DNA from: Candidatus Calidihabitans tengchongensis
GTDB taxonomy: Bacteria > Sysuimicrobiota > Sysuimicrobiia > Sysuimicrobiales > Kaftiobacteriaceae
Reading direction: 5' to 3'
DNA length: 64,000 nt
Assembly (NCBI GenBank): GCA_031459615.1
Contig: JAVKIE010000013.1
Coordinates: forward strand, 226-64,225
Of this stretch, positions 8,571 through 17,059 are shown piece after piece. The notes beneath the pieces were generated by a model. It made no database searches, was not told the DNA's origin, and saw only the letters and a program-made list of their open reading frames with translations. The translations under genes were made by a program, and so were the position numbers. Every line of letters begins with the position of its first letter. Positions within the stretch are counted from its first letter, which is position 1.

Positions 8571-9623
8571 ATGGGGGTGGGGGAGTGGCTCCAGGAGCGC
8601 ACCCGCGTCCGGGAGGCGGTGGCGTTCCTGCAGCGCAAGGAGGTGCCGGTCCACCGATTCTCCCTGGCGTACTACACCGGAGGCATCACCCTGTTCTTCT
8701 TCCTGCTTCAGGTTGCCACCGGGTTGTTGCTGCTCCTGTACTACCGCCCGGCCGCGGACTCGGCCTACGAAAGCGTGCGGCTCATCACCTCCCGGGTCCA
8801 GTTCGGCTGGCTGGTGCGCGGCATCCACGCCTGGTCGGCCAACCTGATGATCCTGGCGGCCTGGGTGCATCTGGCGGCGACCTTCTTCACCAGGGCGTAT
8901 CGCAGGCCGCGGGAGCTCACGTGGATCTCGGGGGTGCTCCTGCTGGTCATCACCCTGGCGTTCGCCTTCACCGGCTACCTGCTGCCGTGGAACACTCTGG
9001 CCTTCTTCGCCACCCGGGTGGGGACCGAGATCGTCGGGGACCTGCCGGGGGTGGGCCGGGCGCTGATGGTGCTGCTCCGGGGCGGTGAGGACGTGACCGA
9101 GGCCACCCTCAGCCGGTTCTTCGGCATTCACGTGGCGATCCTCCCGGCGCTGACCACCATCCTCCTGGGGATCCACCTGACACTGGTCCAGATTCACGGA
9201 ATGAGCCGGCCCATTTCCGTTTCACCCCGGGGGGCGGAGCCCTTCTACCCGCACTTCCTCCTGCGGGATCTGATGGTATGGGTGGTCCTGCTGGGAGTGG
9301 TCGCCGCGCTGGCCACGCTGGCGCCCTGGCCGCTGGGCGAGAAGGCTGACCCCCTCGCGCCGGCGCCGGCAGGCATCCGGCCGGAGTGGTACTTCCTGTT
9401 CATGTACCAGACCCTGCGCATCCTGCCGAGCCGCATCCTTGGCGTGGAGGGCGAAACCGCAGGCGTGCTGGCGTTTGCCGCGGGCGCGGTGATAGTGCTG
9501 CTGGTGCCGTTCCTGGACGTGTGGGCCCAGCGGGAGCGCACGCATCCGGCGATGACGTGGGTGGGCGCGGCAACCCTGGCTTTTGTGGTGCTCATGACGC
9601 TCCTGGCGTGGTGGGAACGCTGA
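8571..9623 (+). CDS. petB: cytochrome b (b6 + subunit IV-like, fused)
   Basis: LQVATG, GIHAWSAN...VH, TGYLLPW, second His pair in GIHVAIL...GIH, RPEWY Qo motif. Confidence 0.93.
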   Translation: MGVGEWLQERTRVREAVAFLQRKEVPVHRFSLAYYTGGITLFFFLLQVATGLLLLLYYRPAADSAYESVRLITSRVQFGWLVRGIHAWSANLMILAAWVHLAATFFTRAYRRPRELTWISGVLLLVITLAFAFTGYLLPWNTLAFFATRVGTEIVGDLPGVGRALMVLLRGGEDVTEATLSRFFGIHVAILPALTTILLGIHLTLVQIHGMSRPISVSPRGAEPFYPHFLLRDLMVWVVLLGVVAALATLAPWPLGEKADPLAPAPAGIRPEWYFLFMYQTLRILPSRILGVEGETAGVLAFAAGAVIVLLVPFLDVWAQRERTHPAMTWVGAATLAFVVLMTLLAWWER

Positions 9624-10888
9624 TGCGGTGGGCGGCGGCGCTGGCCGTGATCGTCGTCGCCGGGGCCGGTCGGCCGGTCCAGGCCGCCCCCGCGTCCAGC
9701 TGTCCGGCGTGCCACGAGAACCTGGGTGGCCGGCTGGCTTCGCCGGTGGCCGGGATGGCCGATGACGTCCACGCCCGGCGCGGGATGTCGTGCGACGCCT
9801 GCCACGGCGGTGCCCCCACCCGAATCGGCATGGACGCGCACGATCGCCGGGCAGGGTACCGGGGAGCCCCCTCCCCGCAACAGGTGCCGGCCTTCTGCGC
9901 CCGGTGCCACTCCCGCCCCGACATCATACGCCGATACAATCCGCGGCTGCCCACCGACCAGCTGGACCGATACTGGACCAGCGTCCACGGGCAACGCCTG
10001 CGCCGGGGCGACACGCAGGTGGCCACCTGTACTTCTTGCCACGGCGTGCATCCGGTGCGCGGCGTGGACGACACCCGATCGCCGGTGTTCCCGACGAATG
10101 TGCCGGCGACGTGCGCCATCTGCCACGCCGATGCCGCCCGCATGAAGCCCTACGGCATCCCCACCACTCAGTACGAGGAGTACCGGGCCAGCGTCCACGG
10201 CCAGGCGCTGCTGGAGCGGGGCAACCGCCGGGCTCCGGCGTGCAACGACTGCCACGACAACCACGGCGCGGTGCCTCCGGGCGCGACCTCGGTGGCCAAC
10301 GTATGCGCCCAGTGTCACAGCGCCACCCGCGACCTGTTCGTCCGCAGTCCCCACAAATCCGCCTTTGACGCCCTGGGACTGGCCGAATGTACCGTATGCC
10401 ACGGGACCCACAACATCGCCTTTCCCACCGATGAGATGCTGGGCACAGGCCCCGGATCGGTGTGCGCCCCATGCCATCCCCCCGGCTCCCCGGAGGGTGC
10501 GGTGGCCGACAGCATCCGCGCCTCCCTGGAGCAGCTCAAGGCCCTCATCGCCCAGTCCGAGGCCATGCTGGCCCGGGCGTCGCGCGCCGGACTGGATGTC
10601 ACCGATGCCCAGCTGGACATCAGCGAGGCTGAGACCCAGGTCATCCGGGCGCGGGCCGTCACCCACACATCCAGCCCGGAGCAACTCCGGTCGCCCATCG
10701 ACGCCGGGACGGCGGCGGCCGAGAGGGCCCGCCGGGCGGGAGAGGCCGCGCTGGCCGAACTGGCATTTCGCCGCCGCGGTCTGGCCGTCTCGCTGGGGGT
10801 GATGGCCGTTGTGGTGGTGTCCCTGTGGTTGAAGCTACGACAGTTGGAGCGCGCCTCGGGGCGCTCCGGGAAAGGAGCTCCGCGATGA
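9623..10888 (+). CDS. membrane-anchored nonaheme c-type cytochrome
   Basis: Signal peptide; nine CxxCH (CPACH, CDACH, CARCH, CTSCH, CAICH, CNDCH, CAQCH, CTVCH, CAPCH); helical stalk and C-terminal TM. Confidence 0.92.
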   Translation: MRWAAALAVIVVAGAGRPVQAAPASSCPACHENLGGRLASPVAGMADDVHARRGMSCDACHGGAPTRIGMDAHDRRAGYRGAPSPQQVPAFCARCHSRPDIIRRYNPRLPTDQLDRYWTSVHGQRLRRGDTQVATCTSCHGVHPVRGVDDTRSPVFPTNVPATCAICHADAARMKPYGIPTTQYEEYRASVHGQALLERGNRRAPACNDCHDNHGAVPPGATSVANVCAQCHSATRDLFVRSPHKSAFDALGLAECTVCHGTHNIAFPTDEMLGTGPGSVCAPCHPPGSPEGAVADSIRASLEQLKALIAQSEAMLARASRAGLDVTDAQLDISEAETQVIRARAVTHTSSPEQLRSPIDAGTAAAERARRAGEAALAELAFRRRGLAVSLGVMAVVVVSLWLKLRQLERASGRSGKGAPR

Positions 10889-11247
10889 GAGTCGTGTTGG
10901 TCATTGTCACGCTCCTGGCGGCGGCCGCAGGCATGTGGGTGTCCGTCCCGACGTCGGCTACGCCCGCGGTCCAGGGATGTCCGGCGTGCCACGGCGCGCC
11001 GGGCCGCGAGCCGTCGCTGGAGGCCATCGCCCGGAAGATCAAGAACCACCCGACCACGGCGGCCAAGACCGTGGCCCAGTGTGCGTTCTGCCACAGCAAG
11101 GGACCCCTGCCCAAGCCCTTCCGCACCGAGGCGCACCGGATTCACCTCAACAGCGCCAAGTTCGCCTCTTATAAAGGAACGTGCACCTCGTGCCACAGTG
11201 TGGACCTGGGCACGGGAACCGTGACCGTCTACGGACTGGAACGGTAG
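10885..11247 (+). CDS. small triheme c-type cytochrome
   Basis: Signal peptide; CPACH, CAFCH, CTSCH. Confidence 0.88.
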   Translation: MRVVLVIVTLLAAAAGMWVSVPTSATPAVQGCPACHGAPGREPSLEAIARKIKNHPTTAAKTVAQCAFCHSKGPLPKPFRTEAHRIHLNSAKFASYKGTCTSCHSVDLGTGTVTVYGLER

Positions 11248-11472
11248 CGGTGCGGATCTGCCCGCCATCGTGAGGACGGTATTCCCTACCCTGGGGCGGG
11301 AGACGAGGCCGGCGTGTCGCCACAGTCGGGGGTGCGGGTCCCCCGGGGCCCGGTCCGGCCCCCGCCTGCCCGGCGCATCCGTCGGCGGACTGAGTCGGAA
11401 TCAGGCACTGGCCTGATACTCGTCTCACCCGTTCGTGCCTTAGGGTAGGGGCACGATGACGCCGTCGACCGC

Positions 11473-14067
11473 ATGGGGCGCCCCGCTGTGCGCATCCGCC
11501 GACGCACCTTCCTGACGACGACCGCCGCCGCCGGCGGCGTGCTGGCCGTCAGCCACCTCGTCCCCCGCGGGGTGACCGCGCTGGTGGCCCGGTCTCCGGA
11601 GGCGCCCGACCGGCCGGTGGAGGACTGGGTGCCCACCACCTGCTGGATCGGCAAGCAGGACTGCGGGATCCTGGCCCGGCGGATCGGTGGTCGTGTCGTG
11701 AAGCTCGAAGGCCACCCGGGGCACCCCCTCAACGTGGGCACCCTCTGCCCCAAGGGTGTCGCCCAGATCATCGCGCTGTATGACCCTCACCGGGTGAAGA
11801 CACCGCTCATCCGGACCAACGGCAAGGGCCAGCCCGGCCAGTGGCGTCAGGCCTCCTGGGATGAGGCCCTGGATCTGGTGGCCCGGCGGATCCGGGAGGC
11901 GCGGGCGAAGGATCCGCGGCTGGTGGTCTGGCAGAAGGGACGCAGCAAGGGTAAGGCCTTCTACGACGAGGCCTTTGTCAAGGCCTGCGGCGCCACCAAG
12001 CTGCACCACGGCGCCTTCTGTTCCGACGCTGGCTACCGGGCCGGCGAGTACACCGTGGGCATCTCAGGGGTGCTGCACCCCGACTTCCGCTACACCCGCT
12101 ACCTGCTGGCTTGGGGGTGGAACGGCACCAACGCCGGCGGAAACCAGCTGTGCTGGATTACCTGGCCGCAGCAAATGGTCGCCGCGCGGGAACGGGGCAT
12201 GAAGATCGTGGTCATCGACCCGCGCCTGCGGGGGATGGGGCCGTTCGCCGACGAGTGGCTGCCCATCCGCCCCGGCACCGATCTGGCCCTGGCCCTGGCC
12301 CTGTGTCACGAACTCGTCCGCCAGGGTACCGTGGACCGGGAGTACCTGGCCCGCTACACCAACGCCCCCTTCCTGGTGGGGCCGGACGGCTTCTTCGTGC
12401 GCGTGGGCGGGAAGGAGCAGATCTGGGACCGCCGCCACGGCCGGCCCCGCCCCGCCGACAGCCCCGATGCCGACCCGGCCCTGGACGGCGAATTCACGGT
12501 GGGCGGGGTTCGCGCGCGGCCAGCGTTTGCGGTGTTCGCCGAGCACCTCAGCCGCTACACCCCCGAGTGGGCCGCCCAGGTCTGCGGCGTTCCGGCCGAG
12601 GCCATCCGGCGGGTGGCCCGGGAGCTGGGAGAGGAAGCCCGCATCGGCAGCACCGCCGTGGTGGACGGCGTGACCTTGCCGTACCGGCCGGTGGCCATCA
12701 TGGCCTACCACGTGGCCCAGCAGGAGCTGGGGTTTCAGGCGGTGCGGGCCATGATCACCCTGATGATGCTGCTGGGCGCGGTCGGCGCTGTGGGCGGGCA
12801 GCGGTTTGACGTGGGCGGGTGGAAGATCCACGAGAACTTTGACAAGCTCGAGCACATCGAAATCGCAGACCCTCCCTACAACATCTGGCTGAAGGACAGC
12901 CCGTACTTTCCCATCAACAGCAACAACTCAGCGGTGGTGGCGAAGGTCCTGCAGGACCCCGACCGCTACGGCGTGCGGGAACGGCCCGAGGTCCTCCTGG
13001 TGCATATGTCCAATCCTCTGGTGGCCTTCGCCTCCCAGCCCGACATCCTGGAAGGATTCAAAAAGATCCCCTTCGTGGCGGTCATCGACCCCTGGCTGTC
13101 GGAGACGGCCGACTACCTGGCCGACGTGATCCTGCCGGCGGCCACCCTGGAGAAATATGAGGGGCCGAGTCAGGCCAACAACCAGTACCTGGACGGGGTG
13201 GCCATGCGGCTGCCCGTCATGGCTCCGCTGTTTCAGTCCCGGGGGGACATTGACATCTACCTGGACCTGTGCGAGCGGGCGGGCATTCTCTATGGACCAG
13301 GGGGGTACCTCGACCGTCTCAACGAGGCACTCCACCTCACCGATCCCTACCGCCTGCCCCTGGACCGCAAGCCGACGGTGCGGGAGATCGTTGACCGCTG
13401 GGCGCGGTCTCAGGGAATCGCGGAGGGCGTGGCCTTCTTCGAGAAAAACGGGGTGAAGGTGAAGGGACCCGTCCCGCCCGCGAAGGCATACGGGTATGCT
13501 GCCTCCCCGCCGTTCGGCGGGGTCCGCCACCGGCTGTACGGCGAAGGCCTGCTGCGCTACCGCGCGCAGATGCAGGCCCGGGGCGTCCCGGAACTGTACT
13601 GGCGGGATTACACCCCTCTGCCCACCTGGCGCGCGCCGACCATGGACGGATCGCCCGCCGCCTACGACCTGTACCTGATCAGCTACAAGATGATTGAGTT
13701 CAAGCAGTCCCGCAGCAGCTTCATCCCCCTCCTGGCCGAGCTGGCTCCCCGGCAGCGGCTGGACATCAACGCCCGGACGGCGCGGGAGCGGGGGATCCGG
13801 GACGGGGATGAGGTGTGGGTGGAGTCCCACAACGCCCTGACCGGTGAAACCCGGCGGGTCCGGGTGCGGGCCCACCTCACCGAGGCCATCCGACCCGACA
13901 CGGTGGGCATGCCCCACCACTACGGCCTGTGGACTCACCCGTGGGCGACAGGACAGGGTCCCACGCCCAACGCCCTGTTCTTTACCGGCGAGGGGTACGT
14001 GGCCAACACGGCCGACCAGTCCTTCCACGTGAAGGTGCGCGTCTGGCGGGCGGAGGAGGGCCGCTGA
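11473..14067 (+). CDS. Tat-exported Mo/W-bisPGD oxidoreductase catalytic subunit (Psr/Phs/Arr-like group)
   Basis: RRRTFL Tat motif, CWIGKQDC...CPKG, YDPHRVKTPL, VVIDPR, PIRPGTD, SETADYLADVILP. Confidence 0.93.
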   Translation: MGRPAVRIRRRTFLTTTAAAGGVLAVSHLVPRGVTALVARSPEAPDRPVEDWVPTTCWIGKQDCGILARRIGGRVVKLEGHPGHPLNVGTLCPKGVAQIIALYDPHRVKTPLIRTNGKGQPGQWRQASWDEALDLVARRIREARAKDPRLVVWQKGRSKGKAFYDEAFVKACGATKLHHGAFCSDAGYRAGEYTVGISGVLHPDFRYTRYLLAWGWNGTNAGGNQLCWITWPQQMVAARERGMKIVVIDPRLRGMGPFADEWLPIRPGTDLALALALCHELVRQGTVDREYLARYTNAPFLVGPDGFFVRVGGKEQIWDRRHGRPRPADSPDADPALDGEFTVGGVRARPAFAVFAEHLSRYTPEWAAQVCGVPAEAIRRVARELGEEARIGSTAVVDGVTLPYRPVAIMAYHVAQQELGFQAVRAMITLMMLLGAVGAVGGQRFDVGGWKIHENFDKLEHIEIADPPYNIWLKDSPYFPINSNNSAVVAKVLQDPDRYGVRERPEVLLVHMSNPLVAFASQPDILEGFKKIPFVAVIDPWLSETADYLADVILPAATLEKYEGPSQANNQYLDGVAMRLPVMAPLFQSRGDIDIYLDLCERAGILYGPGGYLDRLNEALHLTDPYRLPLDRKPTVREIVDRWARSQGIAEGVAFFEKNGVKVKGPVPPAKAYGYAASPPFGGVRHRLYGEGLLRYRAQMQARGVPELYWRDYTPLPTWRAPTMDGSPAAYDLYLISYKMIEFKQSRSSFIPLLAELAPRQRLDINARTARERGIRDGDEVWVESHNALTGETRRVRVRAHLTEAIRPDTVGMPHHYGLWTHPWATGQGPTPNALFFTGEGYVANTADQSFHVKVRVWRAEEGR

Positions 14068-14816
14068 TGCCGCGGTACGCCATGGTCATCGACCTGGACC
14101 GGTGCACCGGCTGCCGGGCGTGCATGGAGGCCTGCAAGGTCGAGAACAACACTCCCCAGGCCCACTTCTGGATGTACGTCTTCCGGTTTGAGGAAGGGGA
14201 GTTCCCCAACACCCGGGTGTGGTTTCTGCCGCGGCCGTGCATGCACTGCGACAACGCTCCCTGCGTGAAGGTGTGCCCCGTGGGCGCGCGCTACAAGCGG
14301 CCGGACGGCCTGGTGGCCACCGACTTCGACCGCTGCATCGGCTGCCGCTACTGCGAGGTGGCGTGCCCGTACGGGGTCAATTACTTCAACTGGAAGAAGC
14401 CCGACCGCAACCAGTACCTGGACTGGCTGGACCGAGAGGCGGCGGAGGTTCTGGCTCCCTACACCGGCGGGGCCGCGCCCCCCTACCGGAACCCCGACCT
14501 GGATCGTGCCTACGGACCGGAGCGGCGCCGCATTGCCGGCGGCGGCCACCTCAAGGGCGTCATCGAAAAGTGCACCTTCTGCGTGCACCGGATTGAGCGC
14601 GGCCAGCAGCCGGCCTGCGTCGCCAACTGCCCGCTGTTCGCCCTGCACTTCGGCGACCTGGACGATCCCCACAGCCGGGTCGCCCAGCTGCTGCGGCGGC
14701 GGCCCCACTTCCGGTTGCTGGAGGAGGCGGGTACGCAGCCGCGGGTGTACTACCTGGGGGGCAAGCCGCCGGGGGAGGAAACCCGGCAGATCGAGACCGT
14801 CCGGGCACGGGAGTAG
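14067..14816 (+). CDS. four-cluster [4Fe-4S] electron transfer subunit (PsrB/NrfC/DmsB-like)
   Basis: YAMVIDLDRCTGCRAC, CMHCDNAPCVKVCP, CIGCRYCEVACP, KCTFC. Confidence 0.95.
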   Translation: MPRYAMVIDLDRCTGCRACMEACKVENNTPQAHFWMYVFRFEEGEFPNTRVWFLPRPCMHCDNAPCVKVCPVGARYKRPDGLVATDFDRCIGCRYCEVACPYGVNYFNWKKPDRNQYLDWLDREAAEVLAPYTGGAAPPYRNPDLDRAYGPERRRIAGGGHLKGVIEKCTFCVHRIERGQQPACVANCPLFALHFGDLDDPHSRVAQLLRRRPHFRLLEEAGTQPRVYYLGGKPPGEETRQIETVRARE

Positions 14817-14819
14817 ACT

Positions 14820-16127
14820 ATGGAGGTGCGCGCGCGCCAGATCCAGGTCCCGTACGGGGTGGGGCGCTTCTCACCGGCCACCCTGGTCCTCGTCGCCCTC
14901 CTGCTGGCGGTGATCGCCAGAGGCCTGTACGCCCTCTACGTCCAGCTCACGGAAGGATTGGTGGTCACCGGCCTGCGCGACGTCGGAACCATGGGCGGGT
15001 CCACCTGGGGGCTGTACATTGCCTTTGACGTCTACTTCGTCGGCGTCAGCTTCGCCGGGATCAGCACCGCCGCCCTGGTGCGGCTGCTGAACCTGCAGCA
15101 CCTGCGGGCAGTCTCGCGGATGGCGGAGGTCCTGACCATCGTCTCTCTGGTCCTGGCGGCGTTCAGCGTGCTGCCGGACCTGGGCCAGCCCCTGCGGGGG
15201 ATTGTGCACCTGCTGAAGTACGCCCGGCCCCAGTCGCCCTTCTTCGGGACGTTCACCATGGTCATCGCCGGCTACCTCTTTGCCAGCCTGGTGTACTTCT
15301 TCCTGGACGGGCGCCGGGACGCCGCCCTGCTGGCCCGGATCCCCGGGCGGCTGCAGTGGTTCTACCGCCTGTGGGCGGCCGGCTACCGGGGGACGCCGGC
15401 AGAACGGGAGCGGCACCACCGGGTCAGCTTCTGGCTGTCGCTGGCCATCCTCCCCATGCTGGTGATCGCCCACTCCACCCTGGGGTTCGTCTTCGGCCTG
15501 CAGGTGGGTCGACCGGGGTGGTTCAGCGCCCTGCAGGCGCCGGCGTTCGTCATCCTGGCCGGGGTGTCGGGCGTGGGGCTGCTGATCGTGGTGGCGGCCG
15601 TGGCCCGCCGAACCCTCGGGGCGCAGGATCGGCTGACTCCGGACGTGTTCCGCTGGCTGGGAAACTTCCTGATGGTGCTCACGGCGGCCTATATGTACTT
15701 CATGCTGGTGGACTGGCTGACGGCCACCTACGCCGCCCCCAGCCACGAGCAGCGGGTCTCCCGGGCCATCTTCGTGGGCCCCTATGCGCGCGTCTACTGG
15801 GTGTCGGTGGCCTCCCTCCTGGCCGCGTTCTACCTGTTGCTGCGCCAGTTTTTGTCGGGCCAGAGCCGCATCGCGGTTCCGGTGGTCTCGGGAGTGCTGG
15901 TGAACATCGCCGCGGTGGGCAAGCGGTTCCTCATCGTGGTGCCCTCCCAGACTCACGGCGCCATGCTGCCGTATCCGCCCGGGGTATACGCGCCCTCGTG
16001 GGTCGAATACAGTATCCTGGGAGGCCTGGTGGCTCTGGGCGCGTTGATGTACGTCCTGTTCGCCAAGACGTTCCCCCTGATCGATCTGCCCGACGACTTT
16101 CGCGTGGAAGGGGTTCGACGACGGTGA
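14820..16127 (+). CDS. NrfD/PsrC-family quinol-interacting membrane subunit
   Basis: TWGLYIAFDVYFVG, DLGQPLR, QSP, YAPSWVE; about 10 TMs. Confidence 0.92.
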   Translation: MEVRARQIQVPYGVGRFSPATLVLVALLLAVIARGLYALYVQLTEGLVVTGLRDVGTMGGSTWGLYIAFDVYFVGVSFAGISTAALVRLLNLQHLRAVSRMAEVLTIVSLVLAAFSVLPDLGQPLRGIVHLLKYARPQSPFFGTFTMVIAGYLFASLVYFFLDGRRDAALLARIPGRLQWFYRLWAAGYRGTPAERERHHRVSFWLSLAILPMLVIAHSTLGFVFGLQVGRPGWFSALQAPAFVILAGVSGVGLLIVVAAVARRTLGAQDRLTPDVFRWLGNFLMVLTAAYMYFMLVDWLTATYAAPSHEQRVSRAIFVGPYARVYWVSVASLLAAFYLLLRQFLSGQSRIAVPVVSGVLVNIAAVGKRFLIVVPSQTHGAMLPYPPGVYAPSWVEYSILGGLVALGALMYVLFAKTFPLIDLPDDFRVEGVRRR

Positions 16128-16357
16128 GAACGGTCATCGCCCGGTTGTTCGTGGCGGCGGGCCTGGCCGTGGCGGGGCTGAGTTTTGCATTGGCCCTCCC
16201 GGTGCGCCTGCCCGGTGCGGCGGCGATTCCCGCCGTGGCCGCCCCGATTCCCTACCTGCCGGCGGTGTTCATCGCGGGGATCATGCTGGTGTTCCTGGCC
16301 GCGGTGGTCTACGAGCTGCTGCCCGACCGCGAGCCCGAAGACCCGTGGCGGCGGTAG
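16124..16357 (+). CDS. small two-TM membrane protein
   Basis: GTG overlaps the NrfD stop; 77 aa with two hydrophobic segments. Confidence 0.65.
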   Translation: MRTVIARLFVAAGLAVAGLSFALALPVRLPGAAAIPAVAAPIPYLPAVFIAGIMLVFLAAVVYELLPDREPEDPWRR

Positions 16358-16369
16358 GGAGGAAAACCC

Positions 16370-17059
16370 ATGGGGGTGCCGGCGGTGGCCCGGGCGCGGG
16401 CCCGGGTGTACCAGGCACTGGCGCAGGCTCTTCAGCCTCCTGACGACAGTCGGCTGGCATCGCTGGCCGGCGCCCCAACCCTCCTGCGGCGGCGGGTCGC
16501 CGCGCTGGCAGGCCTGGCGCAGGGCGATCCCGCCTCCCGGCTGGTGCGCCTGCTGGAGGTCCTGGCCGACACGGATCTCCTGACCCTCCAGACCGTGTAC
16601 GTCCGGGTGTTCGGACTGGACGGATCAGGCGGCCGTCCTGCCTGTGAGTCGTACTACCGGTCGCGCTCTCCCGAAGACATCCCGCGGGTGCTGGCCGCCG
16701 TTGAGCGCGCCTACGCGGCTATGGGGGTGGCGGTGGATCCCGCGGGAGGGCTGCCCCCGGACCACCTGACCGTCGAACTGGAGTGTGCGGCCCTCCTGTG
16801 TGCCCACGAGGCGGCCGCGTGGCGGTCCCCCTCCGGGGCGGCGGAGGTGCTGGCCCGGGAGCAGCGGTTTCTCCGCGACCACCTGGGGGGGTGGCTTCCC
16901 GCCCTCGGCACTGACATTGCCCGGAGGGATCCGGTGGGAGTGTATGCCGGGATCGTTTCCTGCGCCGCCGACCTGGTGCGGCACGACCTGGCGTGGCTAC
17001 AGGTGCTGGTGCGCGCCGGAGCCGGCGGCTCCAGGGGCGAGGAGGGTGGGGAATCATGA
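16370..17059 (+). CDS. TorD/DmsD-family maturation chaperone
   Basis: ESYY and PPDHLTVELE motifs, FLRDHLGGW. Confidence 0.9.
   Translation: MGVPAVARARARVYQALAQALQPPDDSRLASLAGAPTLLRRRVAALAGLAQGDPASRLVRLLEVLADTDLLTLQTVYVRVFGLDGSGGRPACESYYRSRSPEDIPRVLAAVERAYAAMGVAVDPAGGLPPDHLTVELECAALLCAHEAAAWRSPSGAAEVLAREQRFLRDHLGGWLPALGTDIARRDPVGVYAGIVSCAADLVRHDLAWLQVLVRAGAGGSRGEEGGES

Noticed and set aside
11473-14067. Naming the molybdoenzyme arrA, arxA, psrA or dmsA
   Set aside because: The FS0 motif does not match the CxxCxxxC of those enzymes, and substrate cannot be assigned without phylogeny
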